A stretch of DNA of 63,936 nt, counting the filler, from Mitosporidium daphniae (Eukaryota): the NCBI RefSeq assembly GCF_000760515.2. It is 5 parts of 5 records of this genome, joined end to end, with 100 filler letters (N's around TTAATTAATTAA, not from the genome) between each part and the next. Parts side by side here need not be neighbours in the genome. Positions count along the whole stretch, not along the records: positions 1 to 14,640 come from NW_013546714.1; positions 14,741 to 29,278 come from NW_013546713.1; 3 more parts are not named here. One strand, 5' to 3'. Each line of letters begins with the position of its first letter. Positions within the stretch are counted from its first letter, which is position 1. Below are positions 12,778-22,501 of the stretch, in pieces. Under the pieces are notes generated by a model. It worked only from the letters and a program-made list of their open reading frames with translations, made no database searches and was not told the origin of the DNA. Both the position numbers and the translations under genes were made by a program.

Positions 12778-14295
12778 ATGGCAAAGACCAAAGTAAAGAA
12801 GACCGGCACCTCAGTCCCTTCGCCTCCACATGCAACTTCTGTCCAGTATTTGGAGCTACTTCAGAATTTATCCAAAATATCTGAGGAAGAGGCTATTATT
12901 TTCAGAAAAGAAAAGAATATTTCCGTCGATACTGGCGATTCCAACGGACAAAGCGCAGAAATATTCAAACCGGTTATCCGGTTCTCCGACTCTTCTGCTG
13001 TTCTTCCAAAGGGGCTTTTAAAGATTTGCGATGGGTTTGAGGATATCCCCTCTGCTATTCAGAGCCAAACTTGGCCATATGCTCTCACCTTTTCCAAATC
13101 TATAGTTGGTATTGCCGAAACTGGCTCTGGAAAGACAATCGCATTTGGCATCCCTGCAATTGCGAAGGTGATTCACTTGTCAGGGACCAAAAAAAACGTG
13201 CCAAATGGGAAGTATTCCCCTGATGTGCTTATTTTGGCACCGACACGAGAATTGGCCATCCAGATTGGAGAGACTATCGAAAAGGCCACAGGCTTCCTTG
13301 AGAAGCCCATCAAGTCGACAGTAATTTACGGTGGTGTCGATCGTTCGTCCCAATTAGCCCATCTCCTATCCACAAAGCCGCAGATTCTGATTGCAACACC
13401 AGGTCGCTTATTGGATTACCTATCTGAGGACGAACTATCTTTGTTTACGGTCTCTTATTTTGTACTTGATGAGGCAGATCGGATGCTTGACATGGGATTT
13501 GCTCCAGACGTTAAGAGGATCGTAAATGCGATGGATTCCACCCTTTCTCGGCAAACTCTGATGTTCTCTGCCACTTGGCCTTCGACCATAAAGAGGCTGG
13601 CAGATTCCCTGATAAAGGGTCCATCTGTTCGCATCTCCGTTACCTCTAGATCAGAGCTTTTAACTTCCACCGATAATTCACAATTTTCCCCCTCTTCGTT
13701 AAAAGGAGGGTCTACCATAAAGCAAATAGTTACCGTTGTCGACGATCATCAAGAAAAAGAAAAAATTCTTTTTTCATTACTCTCCAAATACTCGAGTGGA
13801 AAGATCATCTTATTTGTCCTATATAAAAAGGAGGCAGATAGAATAGAACAAGTGCTACTGAAAAAGGGATACAAGGTCAGTACAATTCATGGGGACAAGG
13901 CTCAATCTGCTCGAGCCTCTGCGCTAGCCACCTTTAAAGATGGAAAAAGTTTGATTCTTCTTGCTACAGATGTTGCATCTAGAGGTTTAGATATTCCCTT
14001 TGTTGAGACTGTTATTAATTATACATTTCCGCTGACAATTGAGGATTATGTTCATAGAATCGGTAGAACTGGCAGGGCCGGTCGCTCTGGTGTTGCGCAT
14101 ACAATATTCTCCCCATTGGATAAGAACCACTCGGGCGAGCTTATTGGTGTTCTTAGAAACTCTGGGCAGGACGTACCCCAGGAACTACTGGCTTTTGGTA
14201 CCGCTACCAAAAAAAGAGAACATAAAGATTATGGTTCTCACTACAAAGAGATCGATCCCAGCATCAAGCCAAAGCACTTTAAATTTGACGATTAA
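12778..14295 (+). CDS. DBP3: DEAD-box RNA helicase Dbp3
   Basis: AETGSGKT, PTRELA, DEAD, SAT, HRIGRTGRAG; C-terminus KKREHKDYG...KHFKFDD typical of Dbp3. Confidence 0.9.
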   Translation: MAKTKVKKTGTSVPSPPHATSVQYLELLQNLSKISEEEAIIFRKEKNISVDTGDSNGQSAEIFKPVIRFSDSSAVLPKGLLKICDGFEDIPSAIQSQTWPYALTFSKSIVGIAETGSGKTIAFGIPAIAKVIHLSGTKKNVPNGKYSPDVLILAPTRELAIQIGETIEKATGFLEKPIKSTVIYGGVDRSSQLAHLLSTKPQILIATPGRLLDYLSEDELSLFTVSYFVLDEADRMLDMGFAPDVKRIVNAMDSTLSRQTLMFSATWPSTIKRLADSLIKGPSVRISVTSRSELLTSTDNSQFSPSSLKGGSTIKQIVTVVDDHQEKEKILFSLLSKYSSGKIILFVLYKKEADRIEQVLLKKGYKVSTIHGDKAQSARASALATFKDGKSLILLATDVASRGLDIPFVETVINYTFPLTIEDYVHRIGRTGRAGRSGVAHTIFSPLDKNHSGELIGVLRNSGQDVPQELLAFGTATKKREHKDYGSHYKEIDPSIKPKHFKFDD

Positions 14296-14314
14296 ATTTT
14301 AATTTAACATTTCA

Positions 14315-14640
14315 ATGTCCAAGAGAAAGATTCCACCTACGCATTCGTATTTGGAGTCTTTTTCGTCTACTTTGTTTTCTGCTGCACAAAACGCAGAAGA
14401 GGAATGCGCCACTTATAGGGACGAAACCCCCATGGAAAGGGGGTTTCTAAATTGGATCAACTTTGAGCTTGCTCAACTTGAGGATGTTCTTCAAAACAAC
14501 TTTTCCCGTGAAATTGATGACTACGATGTTAACAAACACAACCACGACATGGCTTCAAAGCTCATTTCAGGACAGAAGATTTCCACTTTAGAGAATAAAC
14601 TTTTTGCATCAAATCACGAAAATGGCACAAATGAGAATTT
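14315..14640 (+). CDS. 5' partial gene cut by the gap; possibly ASPM/abnormal-spindle-like
   Basis: Open to the contig end; ERGFLNWINFEL resembles the QGFTWWLNFIL segment of ASPM or a CH-domain start. Confidence 0.35.
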
Positions 14641-14740
14641 NNNNNNNNNNNNNNNNNNNNNNNNNNNNNNNNNNNNNNNNNNNNTTAATTAATTAANNNN
14701 NNNNNNNNNNNNNNNNNNNNNNNNNNNNNNNNNNNNNNNN
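14641..14740. other. Artificial contig linker
   Basis: N44-TTAATTAATTAA-N44, with stops in all six frames. Confidence 0.98.
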
Positions 14741-15713
14741 GATGATATTTATGTTCAAATACACATCCGATGGTTCGACTGAAGTATCAATATTAGCCAG
14801 TTTAGCTTCTAAAGTTCCAATAGGTAAAATATTTTCAAAGTCAAAAAAGTATGGATCGTTCTCGCCGCCAGTAAAACCATGAAATTTTTCAGTATTTGTG
14901 TTTAGAACATAAATATCATCTAGATCATATTCAATTTGAACTGATGTATATTTAGATGCCTTTTTTGGCTTTTGGGAATTATTATCATCCATAAGTATGA
15001 TATGCCTAAAGTGGCTTTCAAAGTTCCTTTGAGCTTCAAGGTCATAATTACTCATAAGAAAATCATACTAATAAATAGATATTTCACAAATAAAATCTTA
15101 CATTATTCTTTGAGATAAATAAAAATTCAATCTCATAAAATTTAGCCAAGTTAAAAAAAATTTCGTATTTTTCCGAATAAAATGGAACCACGATGCAGCT
15201 AAAGTCGAAATAAATTTAGTAACAATACCCTAACATAAGAATAGCAAATTCTGCAATGACCCAATCTGGAGAATTACCAGCGTATATTCCAATCATCGAA
15301 TTCTTCTTAATACCCAGACTTTGAAGTTTCAAACTAAGCTACTTAGATGTCTTTAAGACTTACGCTAAATCAAGAGAAAATTGATAAGTCTCTTCAAAGC
15401 TGATAATTCTGTGTGAATTGACAAAAGACATAAAAGGAGCTTTCCCATGTGTTTTATATGCCTGTTTGAGAAAGTCAGGAACAATTTCGATCTTTTCCAA
15501 TGGCGTAATATCCATTTTTTCGGATTGTATATGATATGCTGCGGGAATCCCATTAAGGATTGGAAAAGACGACTTAGAGGGATTAGAAGAGTCAAAAGAT
15601 TCGTGACCTATGTATTTCGAACCTAGTAAGCTAGGTTCCTTAGGAGCGACCGAAATTACAAGGGAAAATGGTAAACAAAGGAGAAATAACAAAGGTAACA
15701 AACGCAAATCCAT
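14741..15713 (-). CDS. AMP-binding long-chain acyl-CoA synthetase-like protein with N-terminal signal peptide; 3' truncated by the gap; 3 micro-introns
   Basis: Spliced: MDLRLLPLLFLLCLPFSLVIS...ISFEETYQFSLDLALKLQSLGIKKNSMIGIYAGNSPDWVIAEFAILMLGCIVVPFY..., joining the ORF that starts at 15055. Confidence 0.7.
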
Positions 15714-16151
15714 AAATGGATGTGGCAAAATAATCCTATTTATGCTACACTCAGCGATACCACGTTACCCCGCAGATGACTCAATTAATTGATCAAATCA
15801 ATGTAATGACTAATTTCGGAGCTTCACGACACAATTTTAATGAGATTTAAGTTTAAGACGGGCTTAATTTTTAATACCCTTTACACAGTCCAAATTGGGG
15901 TTTCCACCCAAATCCAAATTGCCACCTATGCCTTTAGCTCGAGTTTTCTAGCATGTGTTTTAATGCAGATGCATAGTAGCAAATTCAAAATTTCGGGAAG
16001 CCTATTGAGGTTGACACTGTGCCTCTTTCCGTCTGTGTTGTTTGGCTTATAAGCAGTTATGTCCCTGGTTTCAAATAATCAACTGTCAACATTTAAAATG
16101 CCACAGTCCCAATGTTTAAAACATTCTGATTGCTTTTGCTGATTTTAAGTG

Positions 16152-17459
16152 ATGCTAAACGACAGAAGCTCGCCGAAATTGTCGCAAAGGACACAACCTT
16201 TTTTGATTTTTTTGCTCGCCATCTTTATCACGATCTGCATAGTCCTTGGAGTTTCCTTTTTGGCATCTTTGCTCTTTTCAGATTCTCGCGGTGGAAATTG
16301 GGACTTTTCAACTTACCAAGCCGAGCCTTTGGAATCTACACGGCTATTTTTCAACCCTTTTTCCTTATTTAACAGAGAAACTCCGCAAAATGACGGAAGG
16401 CTTGATGAAGATCAAAAATTCTTCCTCTTTGACGGCCATGCTCATACGCTAGCTTCAGATGGGCAAATGAGTGTCCCCCAATTGCTTGAATGGGCCACAA
16501 AGTGTGGTCGATATGATGCGATTGCCATTACGGATCACAATACATTTGAAGGTGGAATCAGTGGCAGGGAGTTTGTTCGTAACAGAAATCTCTCCGTTGT
16601 CGTGTTTGCCGGCATGGAATATTCGTCGTGTGCTGCACATATGAACATCCTCATTCCTCCGTCAATATCCGATGTCGATTTACGAGCATTTGAAAAGCAA
16701 GAAAGCATTGCCCCATCTGGTGCATTGACCATTCCCAAACCATCTGTCAATGAACTGATGGCATTTGTTGAGAGAATCCATGCCCAGCTTCCGGGGTCCC
16801 TCGTGATTCTGAACCATTTCTCATGGTCTACAAAATATGAGCGGCAAGGTTCGATGGAAAAGACGCTCCCGTACCACCCCACCCTCGATCAGTTTATTTC
16901 ATCAATCAAGGTCGATGGGTTTGAAGCAATCAATGGCCACACGTTGGAAGCCTCGCTTTTATCCTCGCCGTTGATAAATTCTTCTTTTTTGCTGGTTTCT
17001 GGATCAGATGTTCATTATCCCATATCGCCTACATGTTGGACAGCTCTGATTCCAGACCCCATTGATGCCGAAAGCGAGCGAGAAACCATGATGTGGAATG
17101 CTCTTTTGCGCTCTAAAGAGCATCCTCTTCTTGCGCTACGTCCAGAGGGAGCCGCTCCAATTCCTTCACAAGTGCTATCTGCAATTTCTTTTTTCAAGAT
17201 CTTTCTTTATCCCCTTAGCGCGATATCCTCTATTTTTGTGTCGACGTTTATTTCGGTGGACAGTGGAATGTATAGCTTCATCGATGGAGAGCGGTGTCAT
17301 CAATGTAAGGTCTCTGTAAATTGGATTTCTATTCCAATGTTTATTTTGGTCATTCTTCTGTTTAGTGTCTTGGCATTTGTGCTGAATCGCCTGATCACGA
17401 AAAAAATTCGCACTTCGAATGCGAAGGTTGAAAAACGTCAGGACATAAATTTTGCATAA
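16152..17459 (+). CDS. Membrane-anchored PHP-family (polymerase/histidinol phosphatase) phosphoesterase
   Basis: DGHAHTLASDG, AITDHN, GMEYS, NHF and GSDVH metal motifs; N- and C-terminal hydrophobic helices. Confidence 0.85.
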   Translation: MLNDRSSPKLSQRTQPFLIFLLAIFITICIVLGVSFLASLLFSDSRGGNWDFSTYQAEPLESTRLFFNPFSLFNRETPQNDGRLDEDQKFFLFDGHAHTLASDGQMSVPQLLEWATKCGRYDAIAITDHNTFEGGISGREFVRNRNLSVVVFAGMEYSSCAAHMNILIPPSISDVDLRAFEKQESIAPSGALTIPKPSVNELMAFVERIHAQLPGSLVILNHFSWSTKYERQGSMEKTLPYHPTLDQFISSIKVDGFEAINGHTLEASLLSSPLINSSFLLVSGSDVHYPISPTCWTALIPDPIDAESERETMMWNALLRSKEHPLLALRPEGAAPIPSQVLSAISFFKIFLYPLSAISSIFVSTFISVDSGMYSFIDGERCHQCKVSVNWISIPMFILVILLFSVLAFVLNRLITKKIRTSNAKVEKRQDINFA

Positions 17460-18706
17460 TAAATGATGATACCAAAAATCAATACCAAGATGTTAATGAT
17501 AAGCGTCGCCTGCAAACTCAAAATGAAGGTCCTAATTCCGGAATACGAATATTCGGGATGAAAGGAGACAAGGTAGTACTCTAGGGACGACAATAGCGAA
17601 CTTGGTTGGGCCATCAAAACTCTGGAGCCATGGTTTCGTGCCATCTCACAAATTGCCTTTGAGTCGGAAACCCTCTTTGTTGAATATTCCTGGAAATGCT
17701 CGTTTGTCCAGCATGGCAGTAAAGATAACAGCCGCACATCTTCAAGGCCAGCGTTGAGACCCTGTCCATAAAACGGAAGCATCGTGTGGGCAGCATCACC
17801 GACAAGTATGACATTCTGTTCAACTGAGTACACCTGTTTTGCAAGCACGGTTTCTAATAACTGAGAATCAGACTGTTTTTGCAACTCGTGGGGAATGCTG
17901 GATGGGTCTGCATTTTCGTGGAAAAGAGTAAGGCTGATCCCCTGCAATCCATGTTGAGCCTCTTTTTCTCGCTCCAGTTGTGCCTCGTCATGCACAAAGG
18001 CCATCAGCAGATATTTTTCCTTTGCGTTTGGCCAGAAATGCAAGTATCGACTCGACAAAATCGGGCCCTTCTCCATGATATGGATTTCCCGATATCGCAT
18101 TCCGGTGCAAACCCGATGGACTGGAATCCCCAGCGCCGTTCTTACCGAGGAGTGATGTCCATCGCATGCAATCAGCAGGGAATACCGAATTTGAAGGCTG
18201 GAGCTTGTAAGAATGGCGCAGTGTCCAGAAAACCGAAAAAACGAGCAATTGAACTGAATTTCAGTCCACAACTTGGGCTGCGAGCAGCGCAGCACATCAA
18301 AAAATATCTTTTGAAGGTCACTTCTTCTCACAAAGAACAAACACTAGGCCATAAAGCAGGTATAAAAGTACTTTGCTTTTAGCCCCCCCATCGTACACCT
18401 CAACCTTATTGGGGCGCGCTTGCTGATGAAGAATTCTGCCGTACACCGGTTGTGAGATTGATAGGACCTTCTCCTCCAACCCAGGCACTAACCTAAGCGA
18501 CACCCTTGCCCTCTGAGAAACGGCAAGCAGCAAGGTTCGGTTAACTAGAGGTTAAAAAAGACCATACTAGATAGGGTCTCGGAAAAGGAACGCCTCTCAA
18601 TACAACGGACTTGATATCCCTGCTGTGAGAGCAGAATGGCGGTAAATGTGCCAACAAGGCCAAGACCAACGATCAGAACGGCACCACCGGTGTCACGGTC
18701 AGTCAT
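17438..18706 (-). CDS. BNA4: Kynurenine 3-monooxygenase, 2 micro-introns
   Basis: GLGLVG Rossmann motif, ACDGHHSSVR, LHFWP, GDAAHTMLPFYGQGLNAGLED, C-terminal TM helix. Confidence 0.85.
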
Positions 18707-18842
18707 TTTGAAAATTTGGCACGCCTGTGGCAAAAATTCGCTTTGATCGCTGGGAGAGCGGATCAATCAAACCTTATTCCATCAAAAAGCTGCTGTATTC
18801 CAAATGTTGTTGACCACAACAATTTGGGGCCCAAATAAAGCG

Positions 18843-19697
18843 TCAATTTATTAATTTATTTGAAAAATCCTCGCCGTCAAAAATATACAATCCAGGCGTG
18901 GAGATGCCATTTTTCGAGATCACACGTAGAATATCTTGCGTTCCAGCACCGCCAATAACCGAGGCCACCGCTGCACTCAATGCATCGTTTGAGAATTTCA
19001 AGAGCTTTTCCCTTCTAATTGCATCCAGCGTAGGGGATGGCGTTACTTTATCAATTGGATTATATGGCATACTCTCCTGGTCACTACCGTATCTAGTGGA
19101 TAAATTTAAGTTTGAAGATACTTGAATTGATCGCCAGCATCTGAAAATATGAATCCGATGGATCCCGAAACGCTTAAATGGAAAAAGGCACAATTCGATT
19201 TTGATCGGGAAAATCGGTTCCATTTGCACGCCTATTTGTAAATGTAAACTGGAAAGTACTTGAGAAAAATCAAAAGTCGGTATTTTTGCCGCATTGGAGG
19301 TAATCTTATTGCAGTGGATTATGCAATCTACGGCACCAACGGCCTCTTCGTGCTCTGAGATGGCAGAAATCGAAACTGAAGGATTTAATGGCTGAATTTG
19401 CCGGATCAAATAATCGTATTTATCAATAAAATCATTTTCTGGCATCGAGTGCAAGAAAAACGAGGAAACTTTATGCGAATCTGATGGCATGTCATCCTCC
19501 CTCAAAATGTACAAGTGGGAGATCCCTGTAAGAATGAGATTCTTAGCCACCTCGTTTCCTGTTGGCGAAAGTGCGCCAATCAAAAGAACCCTAGTGAAAG
19601 ATATTTTTCTCTGCGCTTCGATACCCCAAATTCTTATTTGCCGGTCATATTTAAGAAACTGGGAATCCTCATTGAAGGAAGGATTTTCATTGGCCAT
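18843..19697 (-). CDS. AOS1: SUMO-activating enzyme subunit 1 (ThiF family)
   Basis: YDRQIRIWGIEAQ, EVAKNLILTGI, LNPSV, ASVIGGAGTQDILRVIS. Confidence 0.82.
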   Translation of the reverse strand: MANENPSFNEDSQFLKYDRQIRIWGIEAQRKISFTRVLLIGALSPTGNEVAKNLILTGISHLYILREDDMPSDSHKVSSFFLHSMPENDFIDKYDYLIRQIQPLNPSVSISAISEHEEAVGAVDCIIHCNKITSNAAKIPTFDFSQVLSSLHLQIGVQMEPIFPIKIELCLFPFKRFGIHRIHIFRCWRSIQVSSNLNLSTRYGSDQESMPYNPIDKVTPSPTLDAIRREKLLKFSNDALSAAVASVIGGAGTQDILRVISKNGISTPGLYIFDGEDFSNKLIN

Positions 19698-19746
19698 TGA
19701 GTGATGTTTTATTTAAATTTTTAATCAATTTTTTTATAAAATAGCA

Positions 19747-19950
19747 ATGGCAGAGGCTGAATTAAAACGAGTGGGGTGGCTCAAGGAATTTTTATTGAAG
19801 GAAAACTCCATTCCGCGAGAACATGCATCTACAGTATGTGAATATATTGTGCAGAACGTCACCTCAAAGTCAGACCCGTTCATCGAACAGGACATGAACC
19901 ACCACAATCCCTACAAGATGAAAAACAAGGGGCTTTGTTCAATACTTTAA
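19747..19950 (+). CDS. Heterotrimeric G-protein gamma subunit
   Basis: 67 aa; GGL-type DPF...NPY motif and CAAX terminus CSIL. Confidence 0.8.
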   Translation: MAEAELKRVGWLKEFLLKENSIPREHASTVCEYIVQNVTSKSDPFIEQDMNHHNPYKMKNKGLCSIL

Positions 19951-20021
19951 GGAATTTTGATTCTTCAATTCGACGAGCCATTTTGTAAATAAAATTTAGC
20001 ATTTTTTGTCTTTTAAACTTC

Positions 20022-22358
20022 ATGCAGAACAAGTTCGTACTTGTCAAAAGAAGGCATTTTGAGCATGAATGCTCCATTTGCACAGAAAAGATAGCAATGC
20101 ACGGCCAGATTGCACCGATTTGGACATGCTATCGAGGATGCAAATCGATTTTCCATTTAGAATGTTTAAGGGCATGGGGGATTGCCACGATTGGCCATTC
20201 ATTCCAATTTTCTTGCCCTAATTGTCGATGCACCTCCTACGACTTTACTGCAGATGTAAACGGGTCTCCCAGGTGCTATTGTGGCAAAAAGGAAATATCC
20301 GTTGTGAAAAAAAAACTCTCGTCTTCGTCTCTTTCGTGTGGTGCACCCTGCAATGCAATGCGAGTCGGTTGCCACCACCCATGTCCCCTGCAATGTCATT
20401 CAGGACCATGCCCCCCGTGCTCATTTATGGGATCTCCCGAGCCATGTGCAACAGGACCTCCACACCACCTTGCTCAACGACAACGAAGATGTGGATCTGC
20501 GCCAGAGGAATGGTACTGCAATGATGCATGCCCGCGCATTTATTCAAATTGCTTTACAAATGCACACAGATGCCCATCTACAAAGTGTCATTCAAAATGT
20601 GAAGCTTGCCCCGAGCTTATTTCCATCTCATGCGAGTGTTCCTCGCTAACAACGTCCCCAAATATTCGGTGTAATCGGGCTTTCGATATTCTCACGTCGT
20701 CTGCTGGGCGATTGTCATGTCAACAGCGATGTAAAAAGTATCTTCTAGAAGAAAAATCTCAATGTATTCTTATTTGCCACCCCCCTTCCGTTAGCTGTGC
20801 ATCAAAAATTGCCGATGCTTGCTGCTTCTATGGTCCTATACACCCACACTCAATTTCTTGTAAATGTGGAAAGGAATCTCTTGTGATCAATGTTGGCTGT
20901 GCCACGGTTGAAAAAACCGAGCTTGGATATGTCCGTCGACCTACTGATACCAGTAATATCACATGCGATAATTCCTGCGGAAAGAGCTTTGCCTCCTGCT
21001 CTAAACATCTTTGCGACAAAAAGTGCTGCATTAATGATGAGGATCATGTCCGCTGTACTCAGATTTGCAATAAGCGACTAGCCTGCGGCAAGTCTTCGCA
21101 TAGGTGTTTAGAAAGATGCCATCCTGAGAGGCCGAATTGCCGTCCCTGTCCACGTCCTTCATTTCCTGATGGCTGGAATTGTCCTTGTGGTAAAACAAAG
21201 GTAGAGGGCCCCTTGGGGTGCTCTTGGGTACCGCCCTCCTGCAAATTTCTTTGCAATCGAGCCCGGGAATCCTGTGATCACTCATCGATACCCCATCCTT
21301 GTTATTCCGGAGACTGCCCCCCTTGCACGATGCCGGTATTTCCGAAATGTGGATGTGGTCGAGTCGTTACATATTCTGTTCCCTGTATGTTTTCAGGGGC
21401 AATGGCCAGATGTGGTCTTCGCTGTAATAAGCAATATCCTGATTGTCCCCACACATGTGCATCTCGTTGCCATTGGGATGTGGAGAATTGTCCTCCATGT
21501 CCCCAAAAATGCCAACGAAAATTGAATCAATGTGGCCACCCTTGCGCACTTGTATGCGGAATACACCCAGGTAGTTGTGTCTGTAATGCCACCGTTTCAA
21601 TTTTATGCCCATGTGGCCGACACAAGGAGGAATTCGCATGCTCAGAATCAACTCCAATTTCATGCACAGATGCCTGCTTAAATGCCCAGAGGTTTTCTGC
21701 CTTTGCTGAGGCCCTAAATATCTGCAACCCGCAAAATATCGGGAGAGATGATGAGTTCTCAATACATGCAGCTCTTATTGCATGGCCTATGCTTATGGAT
21801 GTGTTTACTTGGGCTCGTTCGCGTCTTGAATATCTTTTGATGATTGAAGGAATCTTTTCAGAGCATATTTCATCAACTTCTCGCAAAAGGTGGGTTGATC
21901 TGCCACCTGCTGGCCCAATCAAGCGTGAAATGACCATTCGCATCGCCAATAATTACCATTTGCAAACCATTGAGTTAGACTGTTCTATACGAGGATCTGT
22001 TAGGTTTGGATTTCCAGATGATTATCCTACTACTGTTCCCAAAGTGCCAAGCATCCTATTGTCTAAAATAGTTACTTCAGTTTCTTTTTACGACGTTAAG
22101 GTATTTTTGTCTACACAGAAGTACGATGGTGGTGGCAAAGACGATGGGGAAGAAAACAATGCATCTCAACATCCTTGTGGGGAAATTCTTGCTTCAGTAA
22201 ACAATGATCTATTGGAGCTTTCCTTTACAGATAATGGCATATCCAATCCTTCAATACAGGAAGAAAGTGATTCTTTTTGCGATAAGAGTCTCTCAGATGA
22301 GGATGAGGAGACCAGCTGGGTTGTCATTTCTACCCACAATCGTCCAAGTAACCATTGA
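20022..22358 (+). CDS. NF-X1-type zinc finger protein (Fap1/NFX1/shuttle craft) with R3H-like domain
   Basis: N-terminal RING/PHD (CSIC...FHLECLRAW...CPNC), repeated C-H-C-C-H-GxCPPC units, LPP...R...IANNYHL. Confidence 0.88.
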   Translation: MQNKFVLVKRRHFEHECSICTEKIAMHGQIAPIWTCYRGCKSIFHLECLRAWGIATIGHSFQFSCPNCRCTSYDFTADVNGSPRCYCGKKEISVVKKKLSSSSLSCGAPCNAMRVGCHHPCPLQCHSGPCPPCSFMGSPEPCATGPPHHLAQRQRRCGSAPEEWYCNDACPRIYSNCFTNAHRCPSTKCHSKCEACPELISISCECSSLTTSPNIRCNRAFDILTSSAGRLSCQQRCKKYLLEEKSQCILICHPPSVSCASKIADACCFYGPIHPHSISCKCGKESLVINVGCATVEKTELGYVRRPTDTSNITCDNSCGKSFASCSKHLCDKKCCINDEDHVRCTQICNKRLACGKSSHRCLERCHPERPNCRPCPRPSFPDGWNCPCGKTKVEGPLGCSWVPPSCKFLCNRARESCDHSSIPHPCYSGDCPPCTMPVFPKCGCGRVVTYSVPCMFSGAMARCGLRCNKQYPDCPHTCASRCHWDVENCPPCPQKCQRKLNQCGHPCALVCGIHPGSCVCNATVSILCPCGRHKEEFACSESTPISCTDACLNAQRFSAFAEALNICNPQNIGRDDEFSIHAALIAWPMLMDVFTWARSRLEYLLMIEGIFSEHISSTSRKRWVDLPPAGPIKREMTIRIANNYHLQTIELDCSIRGSVRFGFPDDYPTTVPKVPSILLSKIVTSVSFYDVKVFLSTQKYDGGGKDDGEENNASQHPCGEILASVNNDLLELSFTDNGISNPSIQEESDSFCDKSLSDEDEETSWVVISTHNRPSNH

Positions 22359-22501
22359 AAATACAGCGACACAGCCCTGGCTAGTCTCAAGAACGTCCAT
22401 CGACTCTTTTCATCTTCTGTTTATTCTGCCCGTTTATCTGATTAGGGGAGGGGCTCAGTAGCGCTGGTCTAATGAGAACCAAAGTCTAGTTGTAACTTTA
22501 T

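Noticed and set aside
14685..14696. Recurrent TTAATTAATTAA palindrome as a biological motif
   Set aside because: It is always centred in N-runs and is a synthetic all-frame stop linker.
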